DNA from: Minisyncoccota bacterium
GTDB taxonomy: Bacteria > Patescibacteriota > Minisyncoccia > Phycocordibacterales > UBA9973
Assembly (NCBI GenBank): GCA_036169735.1
Contig: JAVHNX010000033.1
Span: 27,827-91,826, forward strand
Length of the DNA: 64,000 nt
Reading direction: 5' to 3'
Made by a program: the position numbers and the translations under genes. The notes below the pieces were generated by a model that saw nothing but the letters and a program-made list of their open reading frames with translations, was not told the DNA's origin and searched no databases. Positions 37,402 through 47,535 of the stretch are shown piece by piece. The first letter of the stretch is position 1; every line of letters starts with the position of its first letter.

Positions 37402-38610
37402 CTAATTATTTAATAAATTTACTGCTTTCTCTAATTGTGGATCTTTTTTAAGTTCAGCGTCTTTTTGAGTATATTCAACTTTATAATCTGGTGTTAATCC
37501 CTTTTCAGAGATTGAGTTACCTTTTGGTGTTAACCATTTTGCTACTGTTATCTTTAAAAGAGTGTCTGGTGTTATATTTATTACTTCTTGTACTGATCCT
37601 TTTCCGTAACTTTGTGTTCCGACTAATTTTGCTTTTCCATAGTCTTGCATAGCACCTGCAAGAATTTCTGAAGCTGAAGCTGAACCGCTATCCATCAATA
37701 TCACAAACTTTAATTTATCAGTAAAAACATCATAACCAGCACTTCTGTATTGTTTAGCTTTTTCACTATTTCCATAATCCTCTGTAACAACAACCTTTCC
37801 CGATGGGAGAAACCAACTTGCCATACTTACGGCTGCATCAAGATACCCACCTGGGTTACCTCTTAGATCAAGAAGCATTTTATTACTTTTTGAATCAGCA
37901 AACTGTTTTATAGCATCTCGGAAAAGATCAGCGGAAGTAGCAGAAAAACTATAAAGTTTTATTACAAAGACTCCATCAGGACGTAGTTCAGTATCAAGGG
38001 TTGGTGTATTGATGGTGTCACGTACTATTTTTATTTCCCTTGGTGCTTTTTCACCATCTCGAAAAATAGTAAGTGCAACTGTTGTGCCTTTTTCACCTCT
38101 AATAAGTTTTATTGCTTTTTCAATACTCAAATCGGAAGTAATCTTAGCATCAATTTTTAAAATTTTGTCCCCTGGTTTGATATTTGCTTTGTATGCTGGA
38201 GTATCTTTAAGTGGAGCAATAACTGTAAGTATTTTGTCTTTTATGCCAACCTCCATTCCAACACCACTAAAATTACCAGCGATATCATCTTGAAACATTT
38301 TTGCTTCTTCTGGGGCAAAGAATACGCTGTATGGGTCATTTAAAGAGCCTACAAGGCCTGAAATGGCTCCATAAACTCTACTTTGGTCAGTTATCTTGCT
38401 AGCGTTTGGTGATTTTTCATTTATTGTGTTCCATGCTTTCCAAAATGGTGAAAAATCAGCTTGAGTTGAAACTTCTGTTTCTTTCCCTAGGACGGATGCT
38501 TTACTTATCTCAGTGCGGTTATGGAATCCTATATAAATACCAAATGCAAAAAAGATTGCAACTAGTAAAATTATTGAGCTATTTTTTCTTATTTTAAAAT
38601 ATTCAAACAT
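37402..38610 (-). CDS. ctpA: Carboxyl-terminal processing protease (S41 family)
   Basis: 402 aa. TM anchor. PDZ domain. S41 catalytic region (LDLRGNPGG, Ser/Lys dyad). Confidence 0.8.
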   Translation of the reverse strand: MFEYFKIRKNSSIILLVAIFFAFGIYIGFHNRTEISKASVLGKETEVSTQADFSPFWKAWNTINEKSPNASKITDQSRVYGAISGLVGSLNDPYSVFFAPEEAKMFQDDIAGNFSGVGMEVGIKDKILTVIAPLKDTPAYKANIKPGDKILKIDAKITSDLSIEKAIKLIRGEKGTTVALTIFRDGEKAPREIKIVRDTINTPTLDTELRPDGVFVIKLYSFSATSADLFRDAIKQFADSKSNKMLLDLRGNPGGYLDAAVSMASWFLPSGKVVVTEDYGNSEKAKQYRSAGYDVFTDKLKFVILMDSGSASASEILAGAMQDYGKAKLVGTQSYGKGSVQEVINITPDTLLKITVAKWLTPKGNSISEKGLTPDYKVEYTQKDAELKKDPQLEKAVNLLNN

Positions 38611-38646
38611 ATTTAAGTTGTGATATTAGATTTTTATTAATACAAA

Positions 38647-38928
38647 CTATTCGTTAAAGTTATTTTGGGATTCTTCTGTGTTTAGGTTTTCATCTTCTGT
38701 TTGATTTATTTTTTTCTTAAAATTGTGGTTTTCAGAAAAATTATCGAAGGATGTCTGTTTTTTGCCTTTTTCTGTCATTTTAAATTCTTTATATAGAATA
38801 TAAGAAAAATACATAAGTGCTAAACCTGTTAATGTAAATAAGGTATTTTTCCAAGCATATGGAAAACCTAAATAAGGCAGTACTGTTACCCAAATACCCA
38901 ACGTTAAAAGTGTTCTTACTTTTTGCAT
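38647..38928 (-). CDS. Small membrane protein, hypothetical
   Basis: 93 aa with two TM helices. Confidence 0.3.
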   Translation of the reverse strand: MQKVRTLLTLGIWVTVLPYLGFPYAWKNTLFTLTGLALMYFSYILYKEFKMTEKGKKQTSFDNFSENHNFKKKINQTEDENLNTEESQNNFNE

Positions 38929-38992
38929 TTATGCATTATACCGCGCGAGTATATAAATTTGCAACAAGTTTATTCTTGACTATTTTCATTTT

Positions 38993-40711
38993 TTATTTGA
39001 AATATTCCGGTGTATTTAAAGACATCCAGTCTAAAAGTTGGCGCATCACATATGGAGCCCCTACACCATTGGTGGAAGGACCAGATTCCATAAGAATAGT
39101 AAAAGCATATTTTGGATTTTCATAAGGAAAGAAACCCATTATCCAAGAGTTTACTTTGTTTTTTGCGACACCGAGCTGGGCTGTACCAGTCTTGGATGCG
39201 ACTTGAACATAAGGGACATTTAGTGCAACAGAAGTACCAATTTGAACACCTCTTCTCATTCCTTCGTGGACGACATCAAAGTATTCTTTCTTTAAATCTA
39301 TTTTTGTAACTTCTGCTTCTCTTATTGTATCTCCCAAAATAAAATGAGGAGTAACAAGTTTGCCATAATTCGCGATAGCTCCAGCAGCTCTTACCATTTG
39401 AAGTGGTGTGACCTGGAATCCATATTGGCCGATGGCTGTGTGATAAGTATCTCCTATTCTCCATGGATCATTTTTGAATTTCGTTAATTTCCATTCTGGA
39501 CTTGGAATTGTTCCATCGACTTCATCAGGTAGGTCTACATTTGTTTTTTTTCCTATACCAAAAAGCTCAGCGTATTTTTCAATATTACCAATACCAAGCC
39601 CTTTTTGTCCTTCGAAACCACCACCAATTTCATAAAAATAAACGTCGGAAGATACTGCGAGTGCTTGTCTCATGTCTACCCAACCATGTGCTTTCCAGTC
39701 TTTGAAAACAGTTTTTTGATCAGGGAAATATGGATTTGGTATAGAGATAGAACCAGTAGAAAGTATTTGTTTTGTAGGATTAATAATTTCTTCGTTTAGA
39801 GCCCCTATAGCGAAGAATGGTTTTACGATTGATCCTGGTACATAAAGTCCAGAAATAATTTTATCCATAAAGACTCCTCTTTTGTCTGTAAGATAACCTT
39901 TGATTATTGCACTGTCTTTCCCGAGTGAAAGTATTCCAGAATCATATTCAGGAAAACTGACTGATGTTATTATTTCGCCTGTATTTATATCCATAATGAC
40001 ACCAGCACCACCTTTAAAAGAATTACTTTCAGATAATTTTTTAATAAAAGTAAATAATTTACCTTGGATACGTGAATCGAGTGTCGTTACAAGATCCGCA
40101 CCTCGCATTGGAGCGTTTATGGTATTTTCTGACTGAACAGTTTTGCGGGCATTCATTTCGACTATCTTTGTTCCGTTTTCACCTTGCAATATATCGTTGT
40201 ATTCTTTTTCTAGTCCATCTTTACCAGCAAATTCATTACGCCAATAATTTCCAGATCTATCTTTTGCTGGGTAGCTTACATACCCTAAAATGTGTGAAAA
40301 TCCTGGTGTTAGATATATTCGACTCGAAAAATCTTCACCATCATCACTTTGTAGTGTAGTGTCCCCTATTTTTTTATTCCAGACCAATTCTTTTTTGTTT
40401 CTATCATAAATAATCCCTCTATCAGCAAAAATTATTTGTTTTTTTAATGTATTGTTTTCACTTCTATTGAAATACATTTCACCTTTATGTATTTGTAGAT
40501 AGATTAGTCGTGTAGAAAAAATAAGAGCACAAAATACAAAAGAAATACTTAGAAAAGTAATAGTTCTTTTAGAAATTGGTTTTTCAATTCTACCTTCAAA
40601 TTGTTGACTATCAAAATTTTGAAAATTCTTTGAATCAAGAAAAACCTCATCTGGCTCGACAAAAAAGTTTGCGTTTTTTATTCTTTTTTTTCTTAAAATC
40701 TTTCGAATCAT
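38993..40711 (-). CDS. mrdA: Class B penicillin-binding protein (PBP2/FtsI transpeptidase)
   Basis: 572 aa. TM anchor. Dimerisation domain. Transpeptidase motifs SIVKPF (SxxK), SSD and KTGTA. Confidence 0.8.
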   Translation of the reverse strand: MIRKILRKKRIKNANFFVEPDEVFLDSKNFQNFDSQQFEGRIEKPISKRTITFLSISFVFCALIFSTRLIYLQIHKGEMYFNRSENNTLKKQIIFADRGIIYDRNKKELVWNKKIGDTTLQSDDGEDFSSRIYLTPGFSHILGYVSYPAKDRSGNYWRNEFAGKDGLEKEYNDILQGENGTKIVEMNARKTVQSENTINAPMRGADLVTTLDSRIQGKLFTFIKKLSESNSFKGGAGVIMDINTGEIITSVSFPEYDSGILSLGKDSAIIKGYLTDKRGVFMDKIISGLYVPGSIVKPFFAIGALNEEIINPTKQILSTGSISIPNPYFPDQKTVFKDWKAHGWVDMRQALAVSSDVYFYEIGGGFEGQKGLGIGNIEKYAELFGIGKKTNVDLPDEVDGTIPSPEWKLTKFKNDPWRIGDTYHTAIGQYGFQVTPLQMVRAAGAIANYGKLVTPHFILGDTIREAEVTKIDLKKEYFDVVHEGMRRGVQIGTSVALNVPYVQVASKTGTAQLGVAKNKVNSWIMGFFPYENPKYAFTILMESGPSTNGVGAPYVMRQLLDWMSLNTPEYFK

Positions 40712-40971
40712 TTGGGATAAAATTTAAGTTTCTTTTTTAAAAATTCAACTAAAATTAAAACAAAAAAAGAAATTATTAAAAATAAAAATATAGTTTGAAA
40801 GAGTCTATCTTCCCTCGCCCCAAAAAATAAATCAGAAATTAAAAATAAAAATACAACCTCCCAAAAGAAAGAGAAGATGATAATTCCTAGGAATGCCAAA
40901 ATGCAAGAAAGCCAAAAAGGCATAAATAGAATTGAGAGCAATAATACAAAAAAAGCTAATATTCGAAGCAT
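40708..40971 (-). CDS. Small polytopic membrane protein (possibly MreD-like by position upstream of PBP2)
   Basis: 87 aa, highly hydrophobic. Overlaps the PBP2 start by 4 nt. Confidence 0.3.
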   Translation of the reverse strand: MLRILAFFVLLLSILFMPFWLSCILAFLGIIIFSFFWEVVFLFLISDLFFGAREDRLFQTIFLFLIISFFVLILVEFLKKKLKFYPK

Positions 40972-41009
40972 TATGTTCTTATATTACACGCTTGGTAGAA
41001 AAAAACAAA

Positions 41010-41867
41010 CTAGAAGATTTTATGCCATATAAAACGAACAAGAAAGAAAACAATAGCACCCAAAAGGCTGTAAAATATGAGTTTATTATTAAAAATAGCT
41101 GAAGATAAAGTAAGAAAGAAAAGCTCCACATATTTGAATGGTTTTAAAAATTTACTTTTATTTAAATTGGATGTAGTACTATTTTCTGCCGAGGTACTGT
41201 TATTATCTAGTGTTTTAATTTCGGTTTTTGTTGTTTCTTTTTTGTTTGCTGAATTTGTTCCCATATATTCTCTAAACCCATCGATAGCACTTGCTGTCAT
41301 TGATATAGGTTTAGCGATAAAATCAGGAGTTTTTTCGGCTATTATTTTTTGAATATTTTGTATCGCTCCTATGCTTGAATTATCTACGGTATCGTTTGTG
41401 TTAGAGTCAGGGGTAATAACTATTTTTATTATTTTTTCTACTGTACGTTCACTTTTTTCTGTTTCATTTTCTGTTAAAAGGATATCTTCGTATTTTCCTT
41501 TTGAAATTAAAAATTTTGCATTTTCTATTTTTCCATAAATTAAATGGTCACCAGCTGTTACTGTCCAATCAATAAAAATATCTTTTACTCCGTTTGCCGG
41601 CACTATAAAATTTTTTGTACCCAGAAAGGTAGTTTTATCAAAAAAGATTACTGTGCCTGAAATTTCTTTGCTGTCTGGGTTTATAACTAGAGTGTAAATT
41701 TTAATTTTATCTCCATCTAGAAATGGGTCTTTGGAATATCGAATATTAGCAGATGCAAAGCCTACATTTGGTGAACTTTGTGCTTTAGCTATACCACATA
41801 AAAATTTTACAGGAGAAAAAGAGATTAAAAGAATAAATATGAATAGGATTATTTTTCTTTTTCGCAT
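41010..41867 (-). CDS. Secreted hypothetical protein with C-terminal TM anchor
   Basis: 285 aa. N-terminal signal peptide. S/T/N-rich linker. C-terminal TM. Confidence 0.4.
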   Translation of the reverse strand: MRKRKIILFIFILLISFSPVKFLCGIAKAQSSPNVGFASANIRYSKDPFLDGDKIKIYTLVINPDSKEISGTVIFFDKTTFLGTKNFIVPANGVKDIFIDWTVTAGDHLIYGKIENAKFLISKGKYEDILLTENETEKSERTVEKIIKIVITPDSNTNDTVDNSSIGAIQNIQKIIAEKTPDFIAKPISMTASAIDGFREYMGTNSANKKETTKTEIKTLDNNSTSAENSTTSNLNKSKFLKPFKYVELFFLTLSSAIFNNKLIFYSLLGAIVFFLVRFIWHKIF

Positions 41868-41890
41868 ATAGATATTCTATCATATTTTTA

Positions 41891-43375
41891 TTATTCTACG
41901 TGTACTTGTATATCCGTACGTTCTTTTTTAAGTTTAAGGAAAAGTGCAGCAAATGCTCCAACAAAGATTATAATTGCCGCCACTATAAAGACATAGTCAT
42001 AGGCATCTATTTGTGCTTTTAATGCTACAAGCGAAATATACTTTTGAATCTCAATTGGATCGTGACTATTTAGTTGGCTAAAGCTGTTAATGGTAAGCAT
42101 ATTGGTAGTGATCCTATTATTTAAAATTGTTGCAAAGATGGCTATACCCACAGCACCAGAAATATTTCGCACTAAAGCAAGAATAGATGAAGCAACCCCA
42201 ATTTCACTTTGAGGAACAACCGAAGCAATAATATTTGTACGTTGAGCCATGCCGAAACCGAGCCCAAAGGCCATTATCGATAATGGAATTATAATATCTA
42301 GAGCAGTTGATTTAGGGTCGAGATAAGAAAATAGAAAAATACCAATTGCTGCAATAAGAGTACTGGCAAATATTACATATCTAGATTGTACTCTTCCAGT
42401 TAGAAAGCCCCCGAGTGGTGAAGCGAGCATCATTGCGACAGCCATTGGCATAAAAAGGTAGCCTGATTCTGCTGCGTTGTAACCAAGGAAGGTTTGAGCA
42501 AAAACTGGTATAAGAAAAACACCACCCATCATACCCATGAAGACAATAAAATTATTTAGAAGTGCGTTGACGAAAGCAGGAATTTTGAAAAATTTAAGAT
42601 CAACAATCGGTTCAGGAACTTTTTGTTCAATTTTAATAAAGAGACCCAAAAGTATAATAGTAGAAAAATAACAGATCAAACTATAATTTGAACTCCAACC
42701 CCAGTCGGCTCCTTTGTCTAGAACTAACACAAGGGCTGAGAGCATTCCACCTAAACTTAATGCACCCCACCAGTCAAAGAATTTTGTTTTAACTTCCGAT
42801 CGTGATTCATTGATGAATCTAAGCGCCATATAAATACCAAGTATTCCGATTGGTAAATTTACCAAGAAAACAGACCTCCAACCAAAAGTATCAATAAGTG
42901 GTCCACCCAAAAGTGGACCAAAAACAGTTGCTGCAGCAAATGATGATGACCAGATTCCTAATGCTTGGGCACGTTCCTTACCTTCCTTAAAAGTTACTGC
43001 GATTATTGCCATTGCTGTCGGATAATCTGCGGATCCAGCAATCGCCTGAATAATACGAAAGAAGATCATGGAAGAAAGATTCCAAGCAAAACCAGCTAAT
43101 ACTGACCCAAGAATAAAAACAGAAAATCCAATAATATAAACTTTTTTTCTTCCAATAGTATCGCCAAGTTTGCCCCAAATAGGAACAAAAATAGCGTTCG
43201 CCAGAATATACGCGGTTGCAATCCATCCAGCAGAAGAAATAGTAATGCCGAAATCATTTATTATTTTTGGCAACGCTAAATTAACGATAGTTTGATCCAA
43301 TCGTCCTAAAAATGTTCCTATGATAACAGTGAGTAAAATCCACCATCGTAGATTATTCTTTGGTGGTATATTCAT
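41891..43375 (-). CDS. MFS drug:H+ antiporter (DHA2 / EmrB-QacA-like, 14 TMS)
   Basis: 494 aa. Motif A-like GRLDQ. 14 predicted TM helices. Confidence 0.8.
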   Translation of the reverse strand: MNIPPKNNLRWWILLTVIIGTFLGRLDQTIVNLALPKIINDFGITISSAGWIATAYILANAIFVPIWGKLGDTIGRKKVYIIGFSVFILGSVLAGFAWNLSSMIFFRIIQAIAGSADYPTAMAIIAVTFKEGKERAQALGIWSSSFAAATVFGPLLGGPLIDTFGWRSVFLVNLPIGILGIYMALRFINESRSEVKTKFFDWWGALSLGGMLSALVLVLDKGADWGWSSNYSLICYFSTIILLGLFIKIEQKVPEPIVDLKFFKIPAFVNALLNNFIVFMGMMGGVFLIPVFAQTFLGYNAAESGYLFMPMAVAMMLASPLGGFLTGRVQSRYVIFASTLIAAIGIFLFSYLDPKSTALDIIIPLSIMAFGLGFGMAQRTNIIASVVPQSEIGVASSILALVRNISGAVGIAIFATILNNRITTNMLTINSFSQLNSHDPIEIQKYISLVALKAQIDAYDYVFIVAAIIIFVGAFAALFLKLKKERTDIQVHVE

Positions 43376-43379
43376 AAAT

Positions 43380-44024
43380 TTATTTTATATAGATTGTAGT
43401 TTTTGCTGACATTCCATTTTTAAGTTCTGGATAGTCAGAAATATTGAAACGTATTTTTACATCAAACTTTTTTATTGGGCGTTTATCAGAAATAGAAAAT
43501 ACTACTCCTGTGTCATTAGAAGTTGGACTGACACTTTCCACTGCGCCTGTATATATTTTTCCGTCGAATGCATCAACAGTAAAACTAACATTTTCTCCAG
43601 ATTTAATTTTTTCTAATCCCTTATTTTCGTCTATTGATCCAATAATACGTAAATCTTCTAGGTGTATCATTGAAATGATTGTTTCTCCTGGTGTAAAAAA
43701 TTCACCGATATTGTTTTTAACAGATATAATTAATCCACTTTGTTTTGAAGTAACAATACTAGTTCCAACTAATGCAACAGGAGTATTAGCAGAAACTACT
43801 TCTCCTTCTGTTATATAGAGTGCATTCAATGTACCTGCTGTGTTTCCTGAAAGATTGGTAATTGGAGCGTTAACTACTGAATTTTCAATTAAAATAATTC
43901 CGTGATTAGATTGCCAAAAAATAAATCCACCTAATATTATTACTATTGTAGCAATCCCAATAATACTCTGAGTTAATGGTTTTTTAAACATACTTTCTTT
44001 TGCTGTGTTTTTTTCTTCATTCAT
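43380..44024 (-). CDS. HlyD/EmrA-like membrane fusion protein (short)
   Basis: TM anchor. Lipoyl-like hairpin. C-terminal beta-barrel segment typical of HlyD_3. Start set at the ATG at 44024. Confidence 0.55.
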   Translation of the reverse strand: MNEEKNTAKESMFKKPLTQSIIGIATIVIILGGFIFWQSNHGIILIENSVVNAPITNLSGNTAGTLNALYITEGEVVSANTPVALVGTSIVTSKQSGLIISVKNNIGEFFTPGETIISMIHLEDLRIIGSIDENKGLEKIKSGENVSFTVDAFDGKIYTGAVESVSPTSNDTGVVFSISDKRPIKKFDVKIRFNISDYPELKNGMSAKTTIYIK

Positions 44025-44034
44025 AAATTTAAAA

Positions 44035-45111
44035 TTATTGTGATAATAGTTCAATTGCTGGAGTATTAGGTGTAGCAATTTGTCCAGCAGTTATTGATAC
44101 ATTTGTAATTGTGCCACTTACAGGAGCTGTGATAATAGTATTGTTGTACATTCCTTGAGCTATCTGAAGTGCACCTTGGGTTCCCTCAACTTGAGCTTTT
44201 GCTATTGCTAGATCCTCGGAACGAGCTCCTGTTATTTTTTGATCTAAAGATGCTTGTGCAGCATCCACAGCGCCTTGTGCTGTGGTAATTGCTTGAGTTT
44301 GATTTTGTAAAGCTAGCTGATACGCACTATGGTACGAAAGATAAGTTGAAGACTTTTTGTTGGGAATAGTAATTGTCCATTCTGCATTATTAGAAGAAAA
44401 ATTATTTGGAAATTGTATATAAAGTCCACGAGTACCAAGTGGTACTGCTAAAGTTCCAACAAAACCATTTCCATTTTCAAGTCCAGAGGCAGAAAAATAG
44501 TTTCCATTACCAGTTCCATAAATTGTAATAGTGTAAATTCCCTCTTCGGTTCCTGTATATGTTCCTGAGATAATAGGTGAACTAAAATCTACAGTATTAT
44601 TTGTTGTGGAAATTGCAGTAAGATCAGCATTGTTCATGCTAGAAATTGCATTTGTAACCAAAACTTTTTGTCCTGCCACAGTATTGTTGTATGCGTTTTT
44701 TGCATTGTTTAGAGCAACTCGAGCTATTTCTATATCAGGCGTTGATGTTCCGTTTACTAGTTTTTCATATGCATTCTGAACAGATGAATAGGCTGCCTTC
44801 GCTTGGTTAACTGCTCCTATCGCATTTTCAGCATCAAGACTTGCTAAAAATGCACCTGCTTTAACTTTATCACCAATTTTAACGGATACATTTTTAATTC
44901 GTCCTCCGACAGGAAAAGCGAGAGTTAGATCCTGCATAGGTGTATTATTTTTGGCCTCTATAATTGTAGGTACTGAATTTTTTGAAAATCTTTCAGAAAG
45001 TATTTTGTTGTGTGAAGTATAACTGTTATAACCAATAATAACTGCAATAATAAGTGTGATACTTAATATTATTTTGGGACTTTCTAATAATTTTTTGAAT
45101 AATTGTTTCAT
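44035..45111 (-). CDS. HlyD-family periplasmic adaptor with inserted G/T/N-rich beta domain
   Basis: 358 aa. TM anchor. Biotin-lipoyl-like motif (FPVGGRIKNVSVKIGDKVKAG). Coiled coil. C-terminal TIITAPVSGTI. Confidence 0.6.
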   Translation of the reverse strand: MKQLFKKLLESPKIILSITLIIAVIIGYNSYTSHNKILSERFSKNSVPTIIEAKNNTPMQDLTLAFPVGGRIKNVSVKIGDKVKAGAFLASLDAENAIGAVNQAKAAYSSVQNAYEKLVNGTSTPDIEIARVALNNAKNAYNNTVAGQKVLVTNAISSMNNADLTAISTTNNTVDFSSPIISGTYTGTEEGIYTITIYGTGNGNYFSASGLENGNGFVGTLAVPLGTRGLYIQFPNNFSSNNAEWTITIPNKKSSTYLSYHSAYQLALQNQTQAITTAQGAVDAAQASLDQKITGARSEDLAIAKAQVEGTQGALQIAQGMYNNTIITAPVSGTITNVSITAGQIATPNTPAIELLSQ

Positions 45112-45241
45112 TTTGTTTTTTGATTAATATTTTAATGATTTTATTGCGTGGAGTATAAGATTACCATAAAACCTTGACTTGTCAATGTTTTATTGATATT
45201 CCTTAACTATAAATCCTACTGTTACTCAATTGATGTTTTTT

Positions 45242-46525
45242 TTATTTATTAGAGGCGGATGTTCCTGCCACAAAGCCTGTTGTCCAGCATATTTGTAGAC
45301 TATACCCCCCAGAAGGGCGATCGATATTTAATATATCACCAATAAGATAAAGATTAGGAAATATTCTAGAACGCATTGTTTTGAAATCTACTTCATTTAG
45401 TGGAATTCCTCCGCTTGAAACAATCGCCTTATCTAAACCAAGAAGCTTGTCGATATGAATCGGTACATTTTTTAATAGATTAATAAGACTCATTCGTTCC
45501 TCTCGAGTTATGCTATTACACTGAATTTCTGGATTAATACCTGAAAGACTGATTATGACTGGTACTATAGATGATGGTATTAGATCAAAAAGACAATTTT
45601 TAAATTTTTTCTTGTCATTATCTTTAAATATTTCTTGAAGTTTTTTATTTAGTTTTTCTTGATCAAAATTTGGTAAAAGGTCAAGTGATATTATAACTTC
45701 TCCTAATTTAAGAAGTTCTCCAATTTTTTTGCTCATATTAAGAACTGTTGGTCCACTAATACCAACATGAGTAAATAAAATTTTACCTACTTTAGGAGGT
45801 AAACCACTTTTTGTGTTTTGTTTTATACCGTTTAAAAAAGTGGTTAGTTTAATATCGGATAGACTTGATCCAGCTAATTTTTTTACCCAGTGATCTTTTG
45901 TAGCCAGAGGAACTAAAGATGATTCTGTGTCGATGATTGTATGTCCGATATTTTTTAACCATGCATATGCATCCCCCGTCGAACCTGTCTCTGGGTGAGA
46001 TATTCCTCCAGTCGCAATAATAATATTATGAGCATTTATTATTTTTTTATTTAAAAGTTTTACACCAACAATAATATTTTCTTTTTTATTTTCGTCTGAC
46101 ATAACAAGGTCAATAACCGGAGAATTTGAAAGTATTGTCACTCCATTTTTTTTTATATATTCAACCATTACATTCCAAACTGATTGAGACTTATCACTCA
46201 CAGGAAAGACACGTTGTCCTGGTTCTATTTTTGTTTCCATGTTTCGGTTATGAAAAAAATCAAGTGTATCCTGGACATTCCATTGTGAAAAAGCAGAAAA
46301 TAAAAATTTCCCGTCGTCTTTAAATTTTTCAAGTAGTTTTCGGTTGTCGAATTCGGCATTAGTTACATTACATCTACCACCTCCTGTAATTAGGAGTTTT
46401 TTACCCAAGGAGTCATTTTTCTCAATCAAAATGACTTTTGCACCAAGCTCAGCTGCACGTCCCGCAGCCATCATCCCTGCTGGACCTCCTCCAATTACCA
46501 TGACATCCCAAACAAAATCTTTCAT
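45242..46525 (-). CDS. HI0933-like FAD-dependent flavoprotein (aminoacetone oxidase family)
   Basis: 427 aa. N-terminal GGGPAG Rossmann motif. GGGRCNVTN segment. Confidence 0.8.
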   Translation of the reverse strand: MKDFVWDVMVIGGGPAGMMAAGRAAELGAKVILIEKNDSLGKKLLITGGGRCNVTNAEFDNRKLLEKFKDDGKFLFSAFSQWNVQDTLDFFHNRNMETKIEPGQRVFPVSDKSQSVWNVMVEYIKKNGVTILSNSPVIDLVMSDENKKENIIVGVKLLNKKIINAHNIIIATGGISHPETGSTGDAYAWLKNIGHTIIDTESSLVPLATKDHWVKKLAGSSLSDIKLTTFLNGIKQNTKSGLPPKVGKILFTHVGISGPTVLNMSKKIGELLKLGEVIISLDLLPNFDQEKLNKKLQEIFKDNDKKKFKNCLFDLIPSSIVPVIISLSGINPEIQCNSITREERMSLINLLKNVPIHIDKLLGLDKAIVSSGGIPLNEVDFKTMRSRIFPNLYLIGDILNIDRPSGGYSLQICWTTGFVAGTSASNK

Positions 46526-46557
46526 AATTTATATGTTAGCATAGAAAAAATTTTTTT

Positions 46558-47529
46558 CTATTTTATCTCACAATTCACTTTAAGTTCTGCAAGGTCTGCC
46601 TCAGTCAAGGTTAGATTGTTGTTTTGGTTTAATTTGTACATTATTGCCTTGTGGTCATCTACGTGTCCTAGACCCAATGCGTGTCCTAACTCGTGAGCGA
46701 GTACTCTCACTAGTTTTTCTCTATTACTAAATTCATAAATATCTATTTTTTTATTTACACCATCACTTTGATACACACCTTCCTCAAAACTCTCTCCTCG
46801 AGTACCGTTGATTGAATTATATTCTTCCACAGAAAGATTGAGTGTATTTACTAGGCGATTTAAAACGACAACAAGAGCGTTAATCTCATCAACAATTTCA
46901 TTAATATGAGTTTGTAAATTATTTAATTGTATTACTTCAGCATCTAGTATAGATTTATCTGTTTGCAGGGCATCATATTCTTTCTTTGGTGCACCTCCCT
47001 GTTCGTTCCAATATTTTACCTGTTGTTCATAAACCTTCTGTTTTTCATTAAAAATAGTTACACGATTTTCATAATTACTCTTAGCTGTAGCGAGCTGTGT
47101 TTTTAGGTCTGTAAATTTTATTTTAAGTGAATCGTAAGAAGCTTTGTTATTCTCAACAACAATTCCCACACTTGCGAGTTTACTCGTCGCTTCTTGTCTG
47201 TAATCATAAACAAGATTTATTTTTAAATCTCCAGTATCGGATACATAAGTAAACAATTCCTTTCCAAAAGGTTTTTCCCATATGTTTTCCGCTTCAGATA
47301 AAGCACTTAAAAAATATTTTTCAGAAATACCAAACTTAGTATCAAAAGAATCAATTTTATAGGTAATGGGTTTAGAACAAGGAGTACTTAATAAATTAAT
47401 ATTAGTATTTATTTGATTAAAAATATTATCAAGGGGTGTTTCGATTTTAGTTCTAATACTGTCTCGATATTGATACAAAATAATACCGATAATTGCAATA
47501 GGAATAAAAATTTTTAAAAATTTTTTCAT
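46558..47529 (-). CDS. Metzincin-type zinc metalloprotease (matrixin-like) with N-terminal anchor and coiled coil
   Basis: 323 aa. HELGHALGLGH (HEXXHXXGXXH). Met-turn region. Confidence 0.65.
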   Translation of the reverse strand: MKKFLKIFIPIAIIGIILYQYRDSIRTKIETPLDNIFNQINTNINLLSTPCSKPITYKIDSFDTKFGISEKYFLSALSEAENIWEKPFGKELFTYVSDTGDLKINLVYDYRQEATSKLASVGIVVENNKASYDSLKIKFTDLKTQLATAKSNYENRVTIFNEKQKVYEQQVKYWNEQGGAPKKEYDALQTDKSILDAEVIQLNNLQTHINEIVDEINALVVVLNRLVNTLNLSVEEYNSINGTRGESFEEGVYQSDGVNKKIDIYEFSNREKLVRVLAHELGHALGLGHVDDHKAIMYKLNQNNNLTLTEADLAELKVNCEIK

Positions 47530-47535
47530 AATTAT

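Noticed and set aside
45112-45241. Promoter call for the MFP-MFP-MFS efflux operon (TTGACA on the minus strand near 45170)
   Set aside because: A -35 hexamer is present but no acceptable -10 at 16 to 19 nt spacing. Left unannotated.
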